Made by a program: the position numbers and the translations under genes. Of a stretch of 64,000 nucleotides of DNA, positions 12,126 through 24,699 are shown in pieces. The notes beneath the pieces were generated by a model. It was not told where the DNA came from. It searched no databases and saw only the letters and a program-made list of their open reading frames with translations. The stretch lies in assembly GCF_044704955.1 (NCBI RefSeq), contig NC_091983.1:18600001-18664000 (forward strand), read 5' to 3'. Positions within the stretch are counted from its first letter, which is position 1. Every line of letters begins with the position of its first letter. The DNA comes from Pristiophorus japonicus (lineage: Eukaryota).

Positions 12126-13451
12126 CTTACGATTTAGTGCTCTTGGCCCAAATTCTAGTGCAGAGGGTAGTGTGCCAGATTTGCTATCCACAAGGCTATT
12201 GGGCCTCACATTCGGTGTTTCAAATTGCTGATATGTGTGCCTGGCTCTGTGCCCAGTGCACGGAATCGTACAATTTACCGCGCTGTCTCTTCCGGTCACG
12301 TGACTGTCCCTTAAGCAGGAAATTCCCCTCCCCAATTCTGCCTGGAATCGAATGGGTCCACAGTGCAGAATGAGGAAATATTTGGATGGGGGTAGTCAAC
12401 TGCTCCAACTGGGATTCCTCTGCCGTTGCCCCACTCCCGTTGGGACCACTGCTGACCGATTCCTCCTCGCCCGCCGCTTGCAAACGGCTGCGGGTGGATG
12501 TGTGGATGGACGGGGTCTGGGTCCTTGGTGGACTTTCCTCCTGTCCGTCCCACTTCCCACTGTTTCCTGGATCGCCAAGCGGTAGGTGGTGGTAAGCCCT
12601 GGGAATCAGCAGTAAATGCCTTGCCCCCCGCCCTCCCTCCCCCCAACAAAGGGTGATGGCTTTGTAGTGGTCTCTTCTTCCTCCAATTAGCTCCAAACAC
12701 TTACCTGATGAAAGGTTTGGTCTTGGCCAAGCTTTCATTGTCAGCCTTGAATCAATTTCAGGGTGCTTCTGTCTTTCTAAGATCCATCACCGATTTCTAA
12801 GGTCCCTCGCCACTTCTTCTGGTGCTGCAGCACCAGTGGGTACCCTGAAGGACATCCAGGACCTCCTGCTCTCACACAGGCAGACCCCCTCTTGGTGGCA
12901 AGGATCCTGCTGGGAGCCCAACCTGCTCCCCTGACCGTGGGGGCAGATCTGGAGGGGTGAGCTTCACCGGAACTCCATCCCAAAGAGGAGAACCTTGGCA
13001 TGAATTCCTTGAGCACACATGTCCCTGAGGGCCACAGTCATAGCCTCAGCCCTTCCAGAAATACCGTTCATTACCTATGATGAGCTACCTCAAGTCTTGG
13101 TCCTTTGGGTCGATCTGCCCTTCAGGCAGCCTGCCTCCCGATTTCATCAGAGGGCCGACTGCTGTTGATGACAAGTTCACCTGCTTTTCTGCAAGACCAC
13201 CTAAAAGAACGTGCTCCTGGGCCATTGTCAGAGCACCACACTTTGTGCACGCTCCTCTCCGCCTCTGTTCTCTGAAACTCCCTCTGAGCGCACTGGGACC
13301 TGCAACGTTTTTTTCTTGCCTTTCCATAGTTAGCGACCTAATTCATTGCTTTAAGTGTCATAACGAGCATCATTATAAATGTCACTCCTGTTCCGTGGGA
13401 TGTGATTCAAGAACCCGCAGCAAGGAACCAACAGAAGAAAACTCATACAAA

Positions 13452-13960
13452 CGCACAATATTGCGGATGCTGGAATCTGAAATAAAAGCAGAAAATGCTG
13501 GAAATCTCAGCGGGTCAGGCAGCATCTGTGGAATGAGAAACAGAGTTAAAGTTTCAGGTCGATGATCTTTCGCCAGAACACGCAAAGTTCGAGATGTAAC
13601 AAATTCTCAAGGAAGTGCAGATGAGTCTCGATGGGGTGTGAATGGCTGAATCCGGTGATGATTCCACCAATCACACGCCACCTAGACTCATCTTTTGTTT
13701 CTTCATTGGTGCCATTGCCATCTCATTTTTGCCCATCATTCCTCTTGTCTCTTAAATCTCTTCTGTCTTCCACCCTATCACTGACCTTCCCTTATGTTCT
13801 TTCCGCCTCTTCCTCTTTCCCTGTGCCTGCACTTCCTTAAGAATCTGTTACATCTCGAACTTTTCCTGTTCTGACGAAGGGTCACAGACCTGAGACATTG
13901 ACTCTCTTTCTCTCCACAGATGCTGCCTGACCCGCTGAGAATTCCAGCATTTTCTGTTTT
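13452..13960. mobile_element. PLE-derived fold-back element with hammerhead-like motifs on both strands
   Basis: Arm 13485-13580 is the reverse complement of arm 13868-13960. Cores read ctgacga-agggtc-aca-gacct-gaga (+) and ctggcga-aagatc-atc-gacct-gaaa (-). Confidence 0.75.
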
Positions 13961-14469
13961 TAATATAGAATAAAACATGATCCTCGAGAGCAGAGTTATA
14001 AAATGAAGGAGAAAGGCAGCTGGAATTATTCATGTCAATTCCTGTAGTCTCCTGGGGTTTTGACTGATTGTCTACCAGGAGGGGAGCGGAATTTCACAGC
14101 ATATTTTCTGACTAGGTCTCAGATATTTTTCTCCATTTGATTGATTGGGGGTGGGTTGGGGGAAGGGGGAGGGGTTTTAATGGAGCATGTGGACTGCATC
14201 ATGCCAGGTTGGCATGGGTTTGATGTTTGACATCTGATGATCGTTTTCTGTTGTTCTAGTATGATATTTCCATTTGTGGGCATCACAAAAGACTAAACAA
14301 ACACGCTTTATTTCCACAATCAATGGGTTTCATGTTTTGAGACTTGAGATTTGAGATATAAATACACAGAGGGATGGTGTATTTATATATATTTAAAACA
14401 TACTATTGAGTCATGATTAGCTCCCAAGGGGTGAAGTTCATGTGGTAGCAGGATTGCAGATGTAAGTTG

Positions 14470-15155
14470 GGTTGAGGAACAGAGGGATCTGGGGGTATGG
14501 ATACGCAGATCACTAAAAGTAGCAACACAGGTTAATAAAGCCATTAAAAATAAAACTAAGCTCTTGGTTTCATTTCTGCAGGGATAGAATTGAAATGCAG
14601 AGAAATGATGTAAACTTGTATAGAATCTTGGTTGGACCCCACTCGGGAGTATTGTGAACAGTTCTGGTCTCCATATTATAAAAAGGACATAGAGGCACTG
14701 GAGAAGCTGTAAAGATTTACTAGCACTGAGAGGCTATACATATCAGGAAAGATTGAACAGGCTCGGGCTCCTTTCTCCAGAAGAGAGAAGGTTGAAAGGC
14801 GACCTGTTACAATCTTTACATCTCCCCTTTTATAATCTGAAAGAAAATGTTTTCTCTTGCAGGCGAGACTACTAGGGGTCATAAATATAAGATCATTACT
14901 AAAAAATCCAATGAGGAATTCAGGAGAAACTTCTTTGCCCAGAGGGAACTCATTGGCATAAAGAGTAGTTGAGGCGAATTGCACAGATACATTTAGGGGG
15001 AAGTTAGATAAGTGCACGAGGGAGAAAGGAATAGAAAGATATGTTGATGGGGTAAGATGAAGAGGGATGGGAGGGGGGCTCGAGTGGAGCATAAATACCA
15101 GCATGGGCCAGTTGTGACAAATGGCCTGTTACTGTGCTGTAAATACTTTGTAAAT
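14470..15155 (+). mobile_element. Decayed CR1 LINE 3' part
   Basis: ggaacagagggatctggggg...gagtattgtgaacagttctggtctcc; tail ggcctgttactgtgctgtaaatact. Confidence 0.85.
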
Positions 15156-15381
15156 AGAGTTCAGATGGGGCATCTGGACCAGTGACCTTCAGACAAGGAA
15201 AGCTAGTTTGGCATTCCAGTAATCATTCACACTTATTGGTGTGGTGCCTACTGTTCACTGAATCCAGCAGGGATACATGCTCGGTTAAGCTAATGGATTC
15301 TGCTCTGCAAAGGGGGTTGGGGGTGAGGGGGAGGGGAGGGGGTTGTTGTCAGTTTACTGAAGGAGCTGTGAGGGGGACAGA

Positions 15382-16672
15382 ACATAATAATAATAACTTT
15401 TATTTATATAGCGCCTTTAACATTCCAAGACGCTTCACAACAGTGTTACAGACAAACAGATAAATTTGGTTGCAAACAGTCTTGTTCACTCTCAGATTGA
15501 TGTTAGGGAGAGGGATGGAGTCAGTGGTTAGGGAATGCAGTTTGTGGCGGGTACCAAAGATAATGGCTTCAGTCTTCCCAATATTTAATTGGAGAAAATT
15601 TCTGCTCATCCAGTACTGGATGTTGGACAAGCAATCTAACAATTTAGATACCAAGCAGGGGTCGACAGAAGTGGTGGAGAGGTAGAGCCGGGTGTCGTCT
15701 GCGTGCATGTGGAAACTGACTCCGTGTTGGATGATATCGCCAAAGGGCAACATACAGATGAGAAATAGGAGGGGCCCAAGGGTAGATCCTTGGGGGATAA
15801 CCGAGGTAACGATGCGGGAGTGGGAAAAGAAGCCATTGCTGGAGATTTTCTAGCTACGATTAGATAGATAAGAATGGAACCAGGCGAGCGCAGTCCCACC
15901 CAGCTGGATGATGGTGGAGAGGCGTTGGAGGAGGATGGAGTGGTCAACTGTGTCAAAGGCTGCAGACAGGTCGAGAAGAACGAGGAGGGATAGTTTACCT
16001 TGTCACAGTCACAAAGGATGTCATTTGTGACTTTGATGAGAGCTGTTTCAGTACTGTGGCAGGGGCAGAAACCAGATTGAAGGGATTCAAACATTGAAGT
16101 CATGGAACGATGATCACGGATTTGGGAGGCAACAACACGTTCAAGTACTTTGGACAGGAAAAGGAGGTTGGAGATGGGGTGATAGCTAGCAAGCAAAGTG
16201 GGGTCAAGGATTGGATTTTTGAGGAGAGGGGTGATGACCGCAGATTTGAAGGAGAGGGGAACAGTACCTGAGGACAGAGAACCGTTAACAACGTCAGCTA
16301 ACATGGGAGCCAGAAAAGGAAGTTGGGTGGTCAGCAGATTAGTGGGAATAGGGTCAAGAGAGCAGGAAGTGGGTCTCATGGACAAGATGAGTTTGGAGAG
16401 GTCAAGAGGGGAGATCAAAGAGAAACTGGAGAAAGATGTGAGTTTAGGGCTAGGGCAGGTGGGAGCCTCAGAGGAAGTTTGGCTCAGTGGGCTAGGGGAA
16501 GGAAGGGAACTCGCAGAGGCAACTGATCAGATGGTCTCAATCTTTGAGACAAAGAAGTCCATTAGCTCCTCACATTTGTTGTTGGAGGTGAGTGCGGTGG
16601 AGAAAGGGGAGAGGGGTTTAAGGAGACGGTTAGCAGTGGAGAATAGTATTCTGGGGTTATTTTTGCAATCAT
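15382..16672 (-). mobile_element. L2 LINE ORF2 (RT) fragment with an internal deletion and 3' tail
   Basis: Minus frames LILSMRPTSCSLDPIPT...LQSGF...HSTETALIKVTNDIL and SFHMHADDTRLYLS. Confidence 0.92.
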
Positions 16673-17254
16673 GAGAGGATATTTAGGAAATTAGCAAGAT
16701 GAGTTGCAGAAGTAGGGTAGGATTGCGTAATATTTTGTGACGATAAGTCATATCGATGGAAATAAGTGGCTGTCGTGACTGAACCGAAGAAGGTACCTGC
16801 AGCAGACCTGAATTCCTAACAACAGGAAAGAGGAAGATATGGAGGTCAAAATCAATTGGAGTGCTCATGTTTGATTTTTCATAGTCTTATTCATAAAAGT
16901 TAAGCAGCATTCGGAACTATGACCCTAAACTTAGTAAGTACATCACCATTGAAATAGTTAAATACAAAATAAGCCTTCAGAGTACTTACTCGACCTGACA
17001 AACAGAAGTCCTGATGCATTCCATGATCATGGTGTAGGTTGCAATACCACATGCTAAACACAGGTGGCATCCAGTTTCAATAAAACTCAGTCTGCAAATT
17101 GGCCCAATGGCAGAATAGATTGTCACAGTTGCTGATGGATATGAACTTCACATCCGGGAGGAGACGTTGACCAAAGCCCAGAAGCAACAGACATCCTCAA
17201 AAGCCAACAACAAGAATATTAACAGAGGTTCTGCCTCAATCACCAGGAACAGAG

Positions 17255-17435
17255 GAAGGTAGGAACAGGAGGAGGCCATTCAATTCCTCGAGCTTGTTCC
17301 ACCATTCAATTAGATCATGGCTGATCTGTATCGTAGCTCCATCTATCCGCCTTTGAACCATATCCCTTGATAACCTTACCTAACAAAGTCTATTGACCTC
17401 AGTCTTGAAAGCTCCAATTGCCCCAGCATATACAG
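17255..17435 (-). mobile_element. CR1 3' UTR fragment
   Basis: aggaacaggaggaggccattc...gatcatggctgatctg. Confidence 0.8.
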
Positions 17436-17511
17436 GCGACAAGGAATGTTAGCTTTCACTTATAGCCAATGCCCTACATATCAGACCAGTTGTGACAAAG
17501 GGCTATGCCTA

Positions 17512-17887
17512 AAATGTTAATTTTCTTCCTTTCTCCACAGATGCTGTCCGACCTGCTGAACGTTTCCAGCATCTTTAGATTTTCTGTTGCAGATTGCCAG
17601 CATCCAACAGCATCTTGCTTTCTGCCTTACATATCATGTACGACTCCTTCAACAAGCTGAGACACAGTCCCAGTTTCCTCATTTAACAATAATAACAATG
17701 ATCGGTCAACAGGCACAGCGGCGCGTGCCATTGCAAGAACCTGGAATCACCTCTTGCATTCGACATCCATCAGTGTATTTATCAAAAGCAAAATACTGCG
17801 GATGCTGGAAATTTGAACTAAAAGCAGGTAATGCTGGAAACACTCGGCAGGTCAGGTAGCATCAGCGGAGAGAGAAACGGAGTTAAC
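17512..17887. mobile_element. Two PLE-derived terminal fragments in opposite orientation (about 17512-17620 and 17782-17887)
   Basis: ctccacagatgctgtccgacctgctg...ccagcatcc and aaagcaaaatactgcggatgctgg...gagttaacg match the arms at 13.5-13.96 kb. Confidence 0.65.
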
Positions 17888-18675
17888 GGGGAATTTTAAC
17901 CGCCCCCCCCCCCCCACCCCCCAAAAAAACGAGTGAGCTGGGGTTGGGTGGGAAAGTGTTAACAAAACGGAATCCGGATCAAAACCCGCCTCCAACCCGC
18001 CCACTTCCGGTTATAACGGAGGCAGAACGGGACGGGCAGCCAATCCCCTCCCAGGAGCCGGGTCGCCCATTTAAATATTATAATGAGGCTGGCGTGCCTC
18101 AGATTTAACCACCATTACAAATTTAGCTGTGGCTGGCCGGGTTTCGCAGGCCTCGGAGAACCCACCAACTAAAGTAAGGCGAGGACTGCTCGAGGTAAAT
18201 GTCTTTACACTTCCCTCCTGAATCTAGCATCCCGGCCTCATCCCCCACGCTCCCCCTCCTCCTGGCAATCAGAGACTCTCCACAAGGCCTCCCCTCCCTC
18301 CCCCAGTGAGGCCTCCATCCGCCTTCCCGTCCTTCCCCACACCACCCCCCCACCCCACCAACTCCGATCGTTCTTCAAGCTAGCTTGGATGTTCTCTCCC
18401 TTCCACCATGCCCCCCAATGCTCAGGTCCGTCTCCTAATCACCCAGCCCCTGGCCCCCAGTCAATCCCTCCCTCCCTCCTCTCTGCGACCTAGTGCTGCA
18501 GGCCTACCCGACCGCAGCCAGCCAGCCAGCCTCTGCATCTGGCTGGTTGCGGGTGGAAAACAGAGGCTTCAAATGAAAATCGGGCCCGACCATTAAATTC
18601 GGCAGGGTCCAAGGGAAACCCGTTCTCCCAGGTTTCCCAAAACTTCCTAGCCCACCCCTCTGGTCAAACTTATCT
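17888..18675. mobile_element. GC-rich non-autonomous DNA transposon (probable Harbinger derivative)
   Basis: Starts ggggaattttaacc (TIR family of 10246). The right end is degenerate. Confidence 0.5.
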
Positions 18676-18723
18676 TAAAGTAATACTTATATGATGGTTC
18701 GGTATCCTAACACAATACTTGTA

Positions 18724-19080
18724 TGACAGGGGCTTGACAGGATAGATGCAGAGCAGATGTTTCCCCTTGTGGGGTAATCTAGAACTAGGGGGCATAATTT
18801 CAGAATAAGGTTTCGCCCATTTAAAACGGAGATGAGGGGGAATTTCTTCTCTCAGAGGTTGTGAATCTGTGGAATTCTCTACCCCAGAGAGCTGTGGAGG
18901 CTGGGTCATTGAATATATTCAAGGCTGAGATAGACAGATTCTTGAACGACAGGGGAGTCAAGGGTTATCGGGAGCGGGCAGGAAAGTGGAGTTGAGGACA
19001 AGATCAGATCAGCCATGATCTTATTGAATGGTGGAGCAGGCTCGAGGGGCCGAATGGCCTATCCTGCTCCTTATGTTCTT
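18724..19080 (+). mobile_element. CR1 LINE 3' fragment
   Basis: Encodes GLDRIDAEQMFPLVG*SRTRGH; 3' UTR ends cttatgttct. Confidence 0.9.
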
Positions 19081-20518
19081 GTGATAGTTTGGTATCCAGC
19101 TCAATAGTTGTATAATAATTCTGTATTCAACACAATACTTGTATAACATCTTTCTCCTTTATAACTTTATTTCACATTAAATGCGGTAGAATGAGCCTTT
19201 CTGTGCTCTTGGATTAAACATCTGCCAGTATTACAATGCCTATCTTCCTCAGAATCAGCGCATTTCAAAAGTTAATTGAAACGAATGTGCCCCCGGATTC
19301 AGCAGGTGTCCGCTGCCCATTGGCACAGTCACACATTATAAAGAGCCAGTGCCTAGGATGTGAGTGAGTGCCGATTGCATTCGGGTCAACTGCTCATCAA
19401 CACAACCACGATCGCAACTGTACATTGTGGTTGGGTATTAGTGCACCAAATGCTAATATTTGTCATTTGGATATCACACTGCCATAAACAACCAGACTGA
19501 GTCAGTCCCAGAGGCGACCAATTCATCCTGACTCCGCTGAATATAACAAGTGCTCCATATGGCTCCCACAAAGTGTTGTGGTTTGTACGTTCAGGGTTAA
19601 TGCAGGTTCGCCGAATACAATTCTTCAAACAGAAGCGGCTTATGCATCTCATTTGCACTCTACAAACGGCTATGTTTGATTGACAACATTGACTGTTGCT
19701 GCTTTTGGACTTGGAAATAAGTTCATGCAAATGGATGAGTACTAAACGCCCCTTTGCAAAATTGAATGCAACACATTGACTTTTATCGCAATGAAGTTCC
19801 CCTTCCGTATCAGTGAGTATGGGCCCGGGAGTAAGTTGCCAGCCTCGCTGCTTACTCTTTCAGTCAGGGCTCGTGTGTGCAAGGAGATCAGGAGAGAATG
19901 AATGGGGCAGGATTTGTTTCGCTGAGTTTACTCCCCTCCTTTCCTGAGGGGGGAACGGGACCTACAGTGGCGGCAGTCATCCAGCACCTCACTCAGCTGA
20001 CTGTTAGGAGCACAGGGACAGGACGAGGCCATTCAGCCCCTCGAACTTCTTCTGCCATTCAATGAGATCATGGTTGATCTGCATCTTAACTCCCTCTGCC
20101 CGCCCTGGTTCCATAACCCTTAAAGCCCTTACACAGATGTCCCTCATGTATGAGCCTAGGCAGGCCCTTTGATCCACTAGGAGCATCTCAGCCAAGCCTG
20201 ACACTGTCCTCGCCAAACATCCTTATTGTTTCACCGCCTACTCCTCAGCTGTGGGCGCACTGGCTTTTAGTTAGGATTGAGTTAGGATACCAAACCATGA
20301 TACAATATTTTATCCTTGAGACACTGAAGCACTCTGTAATCCACCCCCTCCTATTATCAGATAAACTAAGATCAGCTCACTATACAGCAGGGATTGAAGC
20401 CACAGACCCTCCTGGTCTATATGGCTCAGTACCAACTCCGTGGAGGTGACGTACTGGGATAGCTTCAAAATATCTGTAAAAACATAATCTTAACAAAAAA
20501 AATCACTGTTAACAAGGC

Positions 20519-20767
20519 CAGACTTTGAGTTGAGGGACATTGAGTTGAGGGACAGGCTCTGAGTTGAGGACCATTGAGTTGAGGGACAGGCTTTGAGTTG
20601 AGAGACAGGTCGTGAGTTGAGGGACAGGCCTTGAGTTGAGGGACAGGCCTTGAGTTGAGGGGCAGGCTTTGAGTTAAGGCTCAGGTCTTGAGTTGAGGGA
20701 CAGGCTTTGAGTTGTGGGACAGACCTTGAGTTGAGGGCCAGGCTTTGATTGAGGGCCAAGCTTTGAG
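20519..20767. repeat. Minisatellite, about 13 copies of a 19-bp unit (ctttgagttgagggacagg)
   Basis: Tandem units are directly visible, with point variants and a few shortened units. Confidence 0.95.
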
Positions 20768-20899
20768 ATGGTGTGAAGTTTATAAAAGCAAGCACTAGCA
20801 ACAATGAAGGTTCCATTGTGTGCCTCTTTAGTGCACTAAAGTATTGCATGCAATTCTTTCATGGCTGTATAGTAATAATAGGTCATTCCATTACTCTCC

Positions 20900-21475
20900 C
20901 GGCTTGCCTCTCACCTAGGTCCCACCCTCCATAAATTGAGCTCAGTCTAAACTCCCCTCCCGTATCCTAACTTGCACTGGGTCCCATTCTCCCATCACCC
21001 CTGTCCCGTGCCCTAACTCGCACCAGGTCCCATTCTCCCATCAACCCTGTGCTCATTGACTTACACTGGCCATGGGCTGGCTTCGCCTCGACTTTAAAAT
21101 TCTCATCCTTGTGTTAAAATTCCTCCCTGGCCTTGACCTTCCCGATCTTTGTAACCACCTCCAGCCCTCCGAGATCTCTGGACTCCTCCAATTCTGGCCT
21201 CTTGTGCATCCCCGATTTTAATCGTGCCACCATTGGTTGCTGTGCCTACAGCTGCCTGGACCCTAAGCTCTGGAATTCCCTCCCTAAACCTCTCCACCTC
21301 CCTACTTCTCTCCCCTCCTTTATGATGCTCCTTAAAACCTACCTCTTTGAGCAAGCTTTTGGCCATCTGTCCTGATAGCTCATTCTGTGGCTTGGTGTCA
21401 AATTCTGATTGATAACACTCTTGTGAAGCACCCTGGGACGTTTTTCTATGTTAAAGCTGCTATATAAATGCATAT
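20900..21475 (+). mobile_element. L2 LINE 3' fragment
   Basis: Encodes SSNSGLLCIPDFNRATIG...KLWNSLPKPL; tail gttaaagctgctatataaatgca. Confidence 0.9.
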
Positions 21476-21935
21476 TTTTGTCGATGTTTTATTTCAAATG
21501 CATATATCTACTGCTTGTGCATTTTACAGTATTGGCAGGAACTGTCAGGCTGAAATATTCAAATGGCTGTGTTTGGGATAAATGGGGATCATTTAATTCT
21601 GGCTTCTAGCAGCAGTGTATAAAATGCCTAGAAGGTTCACTGCAATTCTAAAGTTAAAAAAAAATGCCTTTATTAACAGGGATCAGGTTCAGAAAGGGAA
21701 TATTTTTCTTACAATTCCTCCCTCCCCTACCCCACAATGTCTCCATAGCCCCTTCACCTTCCCCCTTGCTCACTGGTTGTGATGCATGTTATGAGGAAGG
21801 ATTGCCTCCATTCTGCAGAAACTCCATTCCCTTTAACATGGGCCAGTGCTTTATAGTTGGCATGGGAGTCAATCCAAAGTCATTCACCCTTAGGAATAGC
21901 ATTCTACCAGCTGGGTAGTGCTTTCAAAATATATA

Positions 21936-23622
21936 GGGCTTGATTTTTCCTAGCGGGTCAGGAGAAAGGTGGGCGACATCGCTCCTGTCTCCATGTCAAC
22001 TCCCAACACGGCTTTTCCCTGATTGGGCTTGTGAGGTTCTCAGCCAATTAAAGGAAAGCAGGACTGATGACATAATTTGATGATGTGTCATCAGCCGGTT
22101 TCCTTAAAGGTACCGTGCCCACACATTCATTGTGACAGTTGTGCTGTCAGTGTTCTGCAGCATTGAGGTGCATTGCTGCACCCAGGCTCTCCCATGACTC
22201 CCTCCATAGGCTTTTGGAGGGAGTCACAATACGCAGGGATGTTTTCCTACCTTCCAATAGGCAGAATAGGACTCCCCAGGACACCAATGCAGACTGGTTG
22301 CACATTTCACAGGAGGGCACAAGCAGGGATGTCGTCAGGAGAACCTTTCAATGATCTCAGTGGATCACGAAACGTTAGTACAAAGCCACACTCAACCTCA
22401 TCCTGCTGTGTCACTCATCACATCCCCATCACTCTGCCTTCCCTACCCTACTCCTACACATCCTTACTCACACCAACTTACCTTGCACCTCTACCCATCC
22501 CTCTCTCTCTATCTACATTATCACATCCCATCTCACTAGCCACCCCTCACAATCAACCTCATCCTTCTCCAATCATCCCAACTAACAACACACAAAGGCA
22601 CTTGGGTCTTTTGGCCAATGTTCATGTCAAGTTTATGTTGATTTGATGTCAAACATTGAAATCTTTATTTTCAAAACTTTGCCTTCTTGGACAGATCTGT
22701 GTGCACCTTTGGAAGTGGCTTAGTGAGTTGCAGTGAATGGTGAGACATAACAGCACCGTCCGCCCCCCCAATCAATGGTGATGAGTGTGAAAAGAATGGA
22801 TTGGGCATTGTAGGGATGCTTTATGATGTGGGTGTGGGGTGGTGCCAAACTGGTGCATCATGTGGCAGCCGGGGCGTACAGCAACAAGTGAAGTAAATGT
22901 GCCCATGGTTAGGCCATCCCTGGCTTCCTGGGCAGCAATGTGGTCGGGTGCTGATGCCCTGCGTCCTGTGCAGCATCAGGTGATTGCAGAGAAGGATGGT
23001 GATGCTGGTGTGCTTAGTGATGTCGGTGTTGGGGGTTGATCGTGGTGGGATTCTGAGGACCAAGATAAGATTTCTTCAAGGACACTGATGCTGATGGAAT
23101 AGATGGCAGCTGAAGTTGAGATGACAGAAGCGATCTGTCAATGGTGAGATAGGTTGCTCCAAGGAGGTGACACTGGATGGAGAGTTCACTGCAAACAATT
23201 CAAACCTCCATAAAGCTGAAAAATGTGTTCCAAATCCTGAAGGCTCCAGCTTCTAAGATTGGAAATTGAACAGCTGTGAAATGTTAGCTTTTATACACTT
23301 TTACAGCTGTCAGATATTCACAGCAATGGAGAGTCATTGAGAACCCGACACACTTACCTGACGCGATCCCCGAGCGCCGGGAACCTCGTAAAAAAACAGT
23401 TGGAAAAATCGTTAGGATCTGATGAAATGCTGCTTAACTAACTTTAAGCAGATTCTTAAGTATCTCAATTGCCTGACCCGACACTTCGTGGCAGAGCTGC
23501 CACTTGGGAAACTTACACGGAGGCGGGTTCAGAGCGGGATACCATCTTGCTGTCAGTCTTTTAGATTTTGACAGCGGACCCGCCTCCATACCCACCCTCT
23601 GAGCACCGGCACGATCCCGGCC
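21936..23622. mobile_element. Internally deleted PIF/Harbinger element with a Myb/SANT-like remnant (+) and a probable transposase C-terminal remnant (-)
   Basis: ATA on both sides (21933-21935 and 23623-23625) and degenerate TIRs. The frame AAPRLSHDSLHRLLEGVTIRRDVFLP...TNADWLHISQE...RRT/FNDL resembles the Harbinger Myb/SANT-like domain. Confidence 0.7.
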
Positions 23623-23625
23623 ATA

Positions 23626-24040
23626 CTGTGGGCACGCTGGCCAAGGTCCACTTCAGAGATTTGAGCACAAAATCTAGGCTGACACTCCAGTGCAGTACTG
23701 AGAGAGCATTGCACTGCCGGAGGTGGCGTCTTTCAGATATGTCATAAAACTGAGGCAGCGTCTCCCTTTCACGTGGACCATAACAGATCACTTGAAGCTG
23801 CTTGAAGAAGAGCAGGTGAGTTCTCCTCGTGTCCTGGGTCAATATTTGTCCCTCAACCAACCTCATCTGGTAATTGTCTGGTAATCATCACATTGCTGTT
23901 TGTGGGAGCTTGCTGTGCGCAGATTGGCTGCAGCATTTCTTACATTACAACAGTGACTACTCTTCAAGAGTACTTCATTGGCTGTGAAGTGCTTTGGGAC
24001 GTCCTGAGGTCGTGAAAATTGCGATATAAATGCAAGTTTT
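23626..24040 (+). mobile_element. DeuSINE (SacSINE1-like)
   Basis: Deu-domain-like ccagtgcagtactgagagagcattgcactgccggaggtggcgtctttcagat...gaagaagagcagg; tail gatataaatgcaag. Confidence 0.85.
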
Positions 24041-24397
24041 GTTCTTATTTCTTGTAACCTTCTGCCTCATCAGTAAACTATATTCTTAAATAAATTGAGT
24101 TGATAAAAGGTAACCCAATTACGCTGAAAGGATATTCTGAAGATTGTGTTTTGGGTGGTACAGTGCTCTCAGTAGGAGATGCCTTTAGCTAATGAATAAT
24201 AATGAGACCAAGTTTGAACATATAGCTGCTTATGTGACAGCAATGAATGTTAAGCAAAATGTGGAAGTGAATTAGAGAAATGTATTGTCCTAAGAAAGAT
24301 TTCTCGACCGACAACACTTTCTGAATCGGCTCGTCACCAATGTACTGAGAAGATGTATCAATTGGTCAATTACCGTGCCAAAATGAGCCAAAGTGGC

Positions 24398-24500
24398 AGG
24401 GGTACTGAAGTTGCATGTTCAGCCATGAACTCATTGAATGGCGGTGCAGGCTAGACGGGCCGAATGGCCTACTCCTGCACCTATTTTCTATGTTTCTATG
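24398..24500 (+). mobile_element. CR1 3' tail fragment, (tttctatg) subfamily
   Basis: Near-identical to 25190-25290 and 58017-58120. Confidence 0.9.
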
Positions 24501-24699
24501 AAAGCATTTAATTCCTCTGAACTTTCTACTCATCTTCCTCTTCAGCTCCAAATATACCTGCACAGTGTTTTTCTTTTCTCATTCTGTTCCAATTGTTTCA
24601 TCTTCTACTTCAACTCGTTCTTTTCCAGTCCCTAAAACCTCTGAAATGCCTTCCAATCTTCTTCCAATTTACAAGATTTCAAAATCTAACCTTATGAAA

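Noticed and set aside
16984-17095. Candidate minus-strand exon with a GTAAGT donor
   Set aside because: The open frames resemble no protein I recognise and no partner exon could be linked. It needs RNA-seq or tBLASTn support.
19640-19735. Octamer motif ATGCAAAT (also ATTTGCAT at about 60938) suggesting an immunoglobulin cluster promoter
   Set aside because: I found no leader or V exon, and none of the CACAGTG/CACTGTG heptamers I checked (11443, 12359, 24561, 26880, 42452, 43503) has a properly spaced nonamer.
20519-20767. Possible CRISPR-like array
   Set aside because: Units are head-to-tail with no unique spacers, there are no cas genes, and the context is vertebrate.
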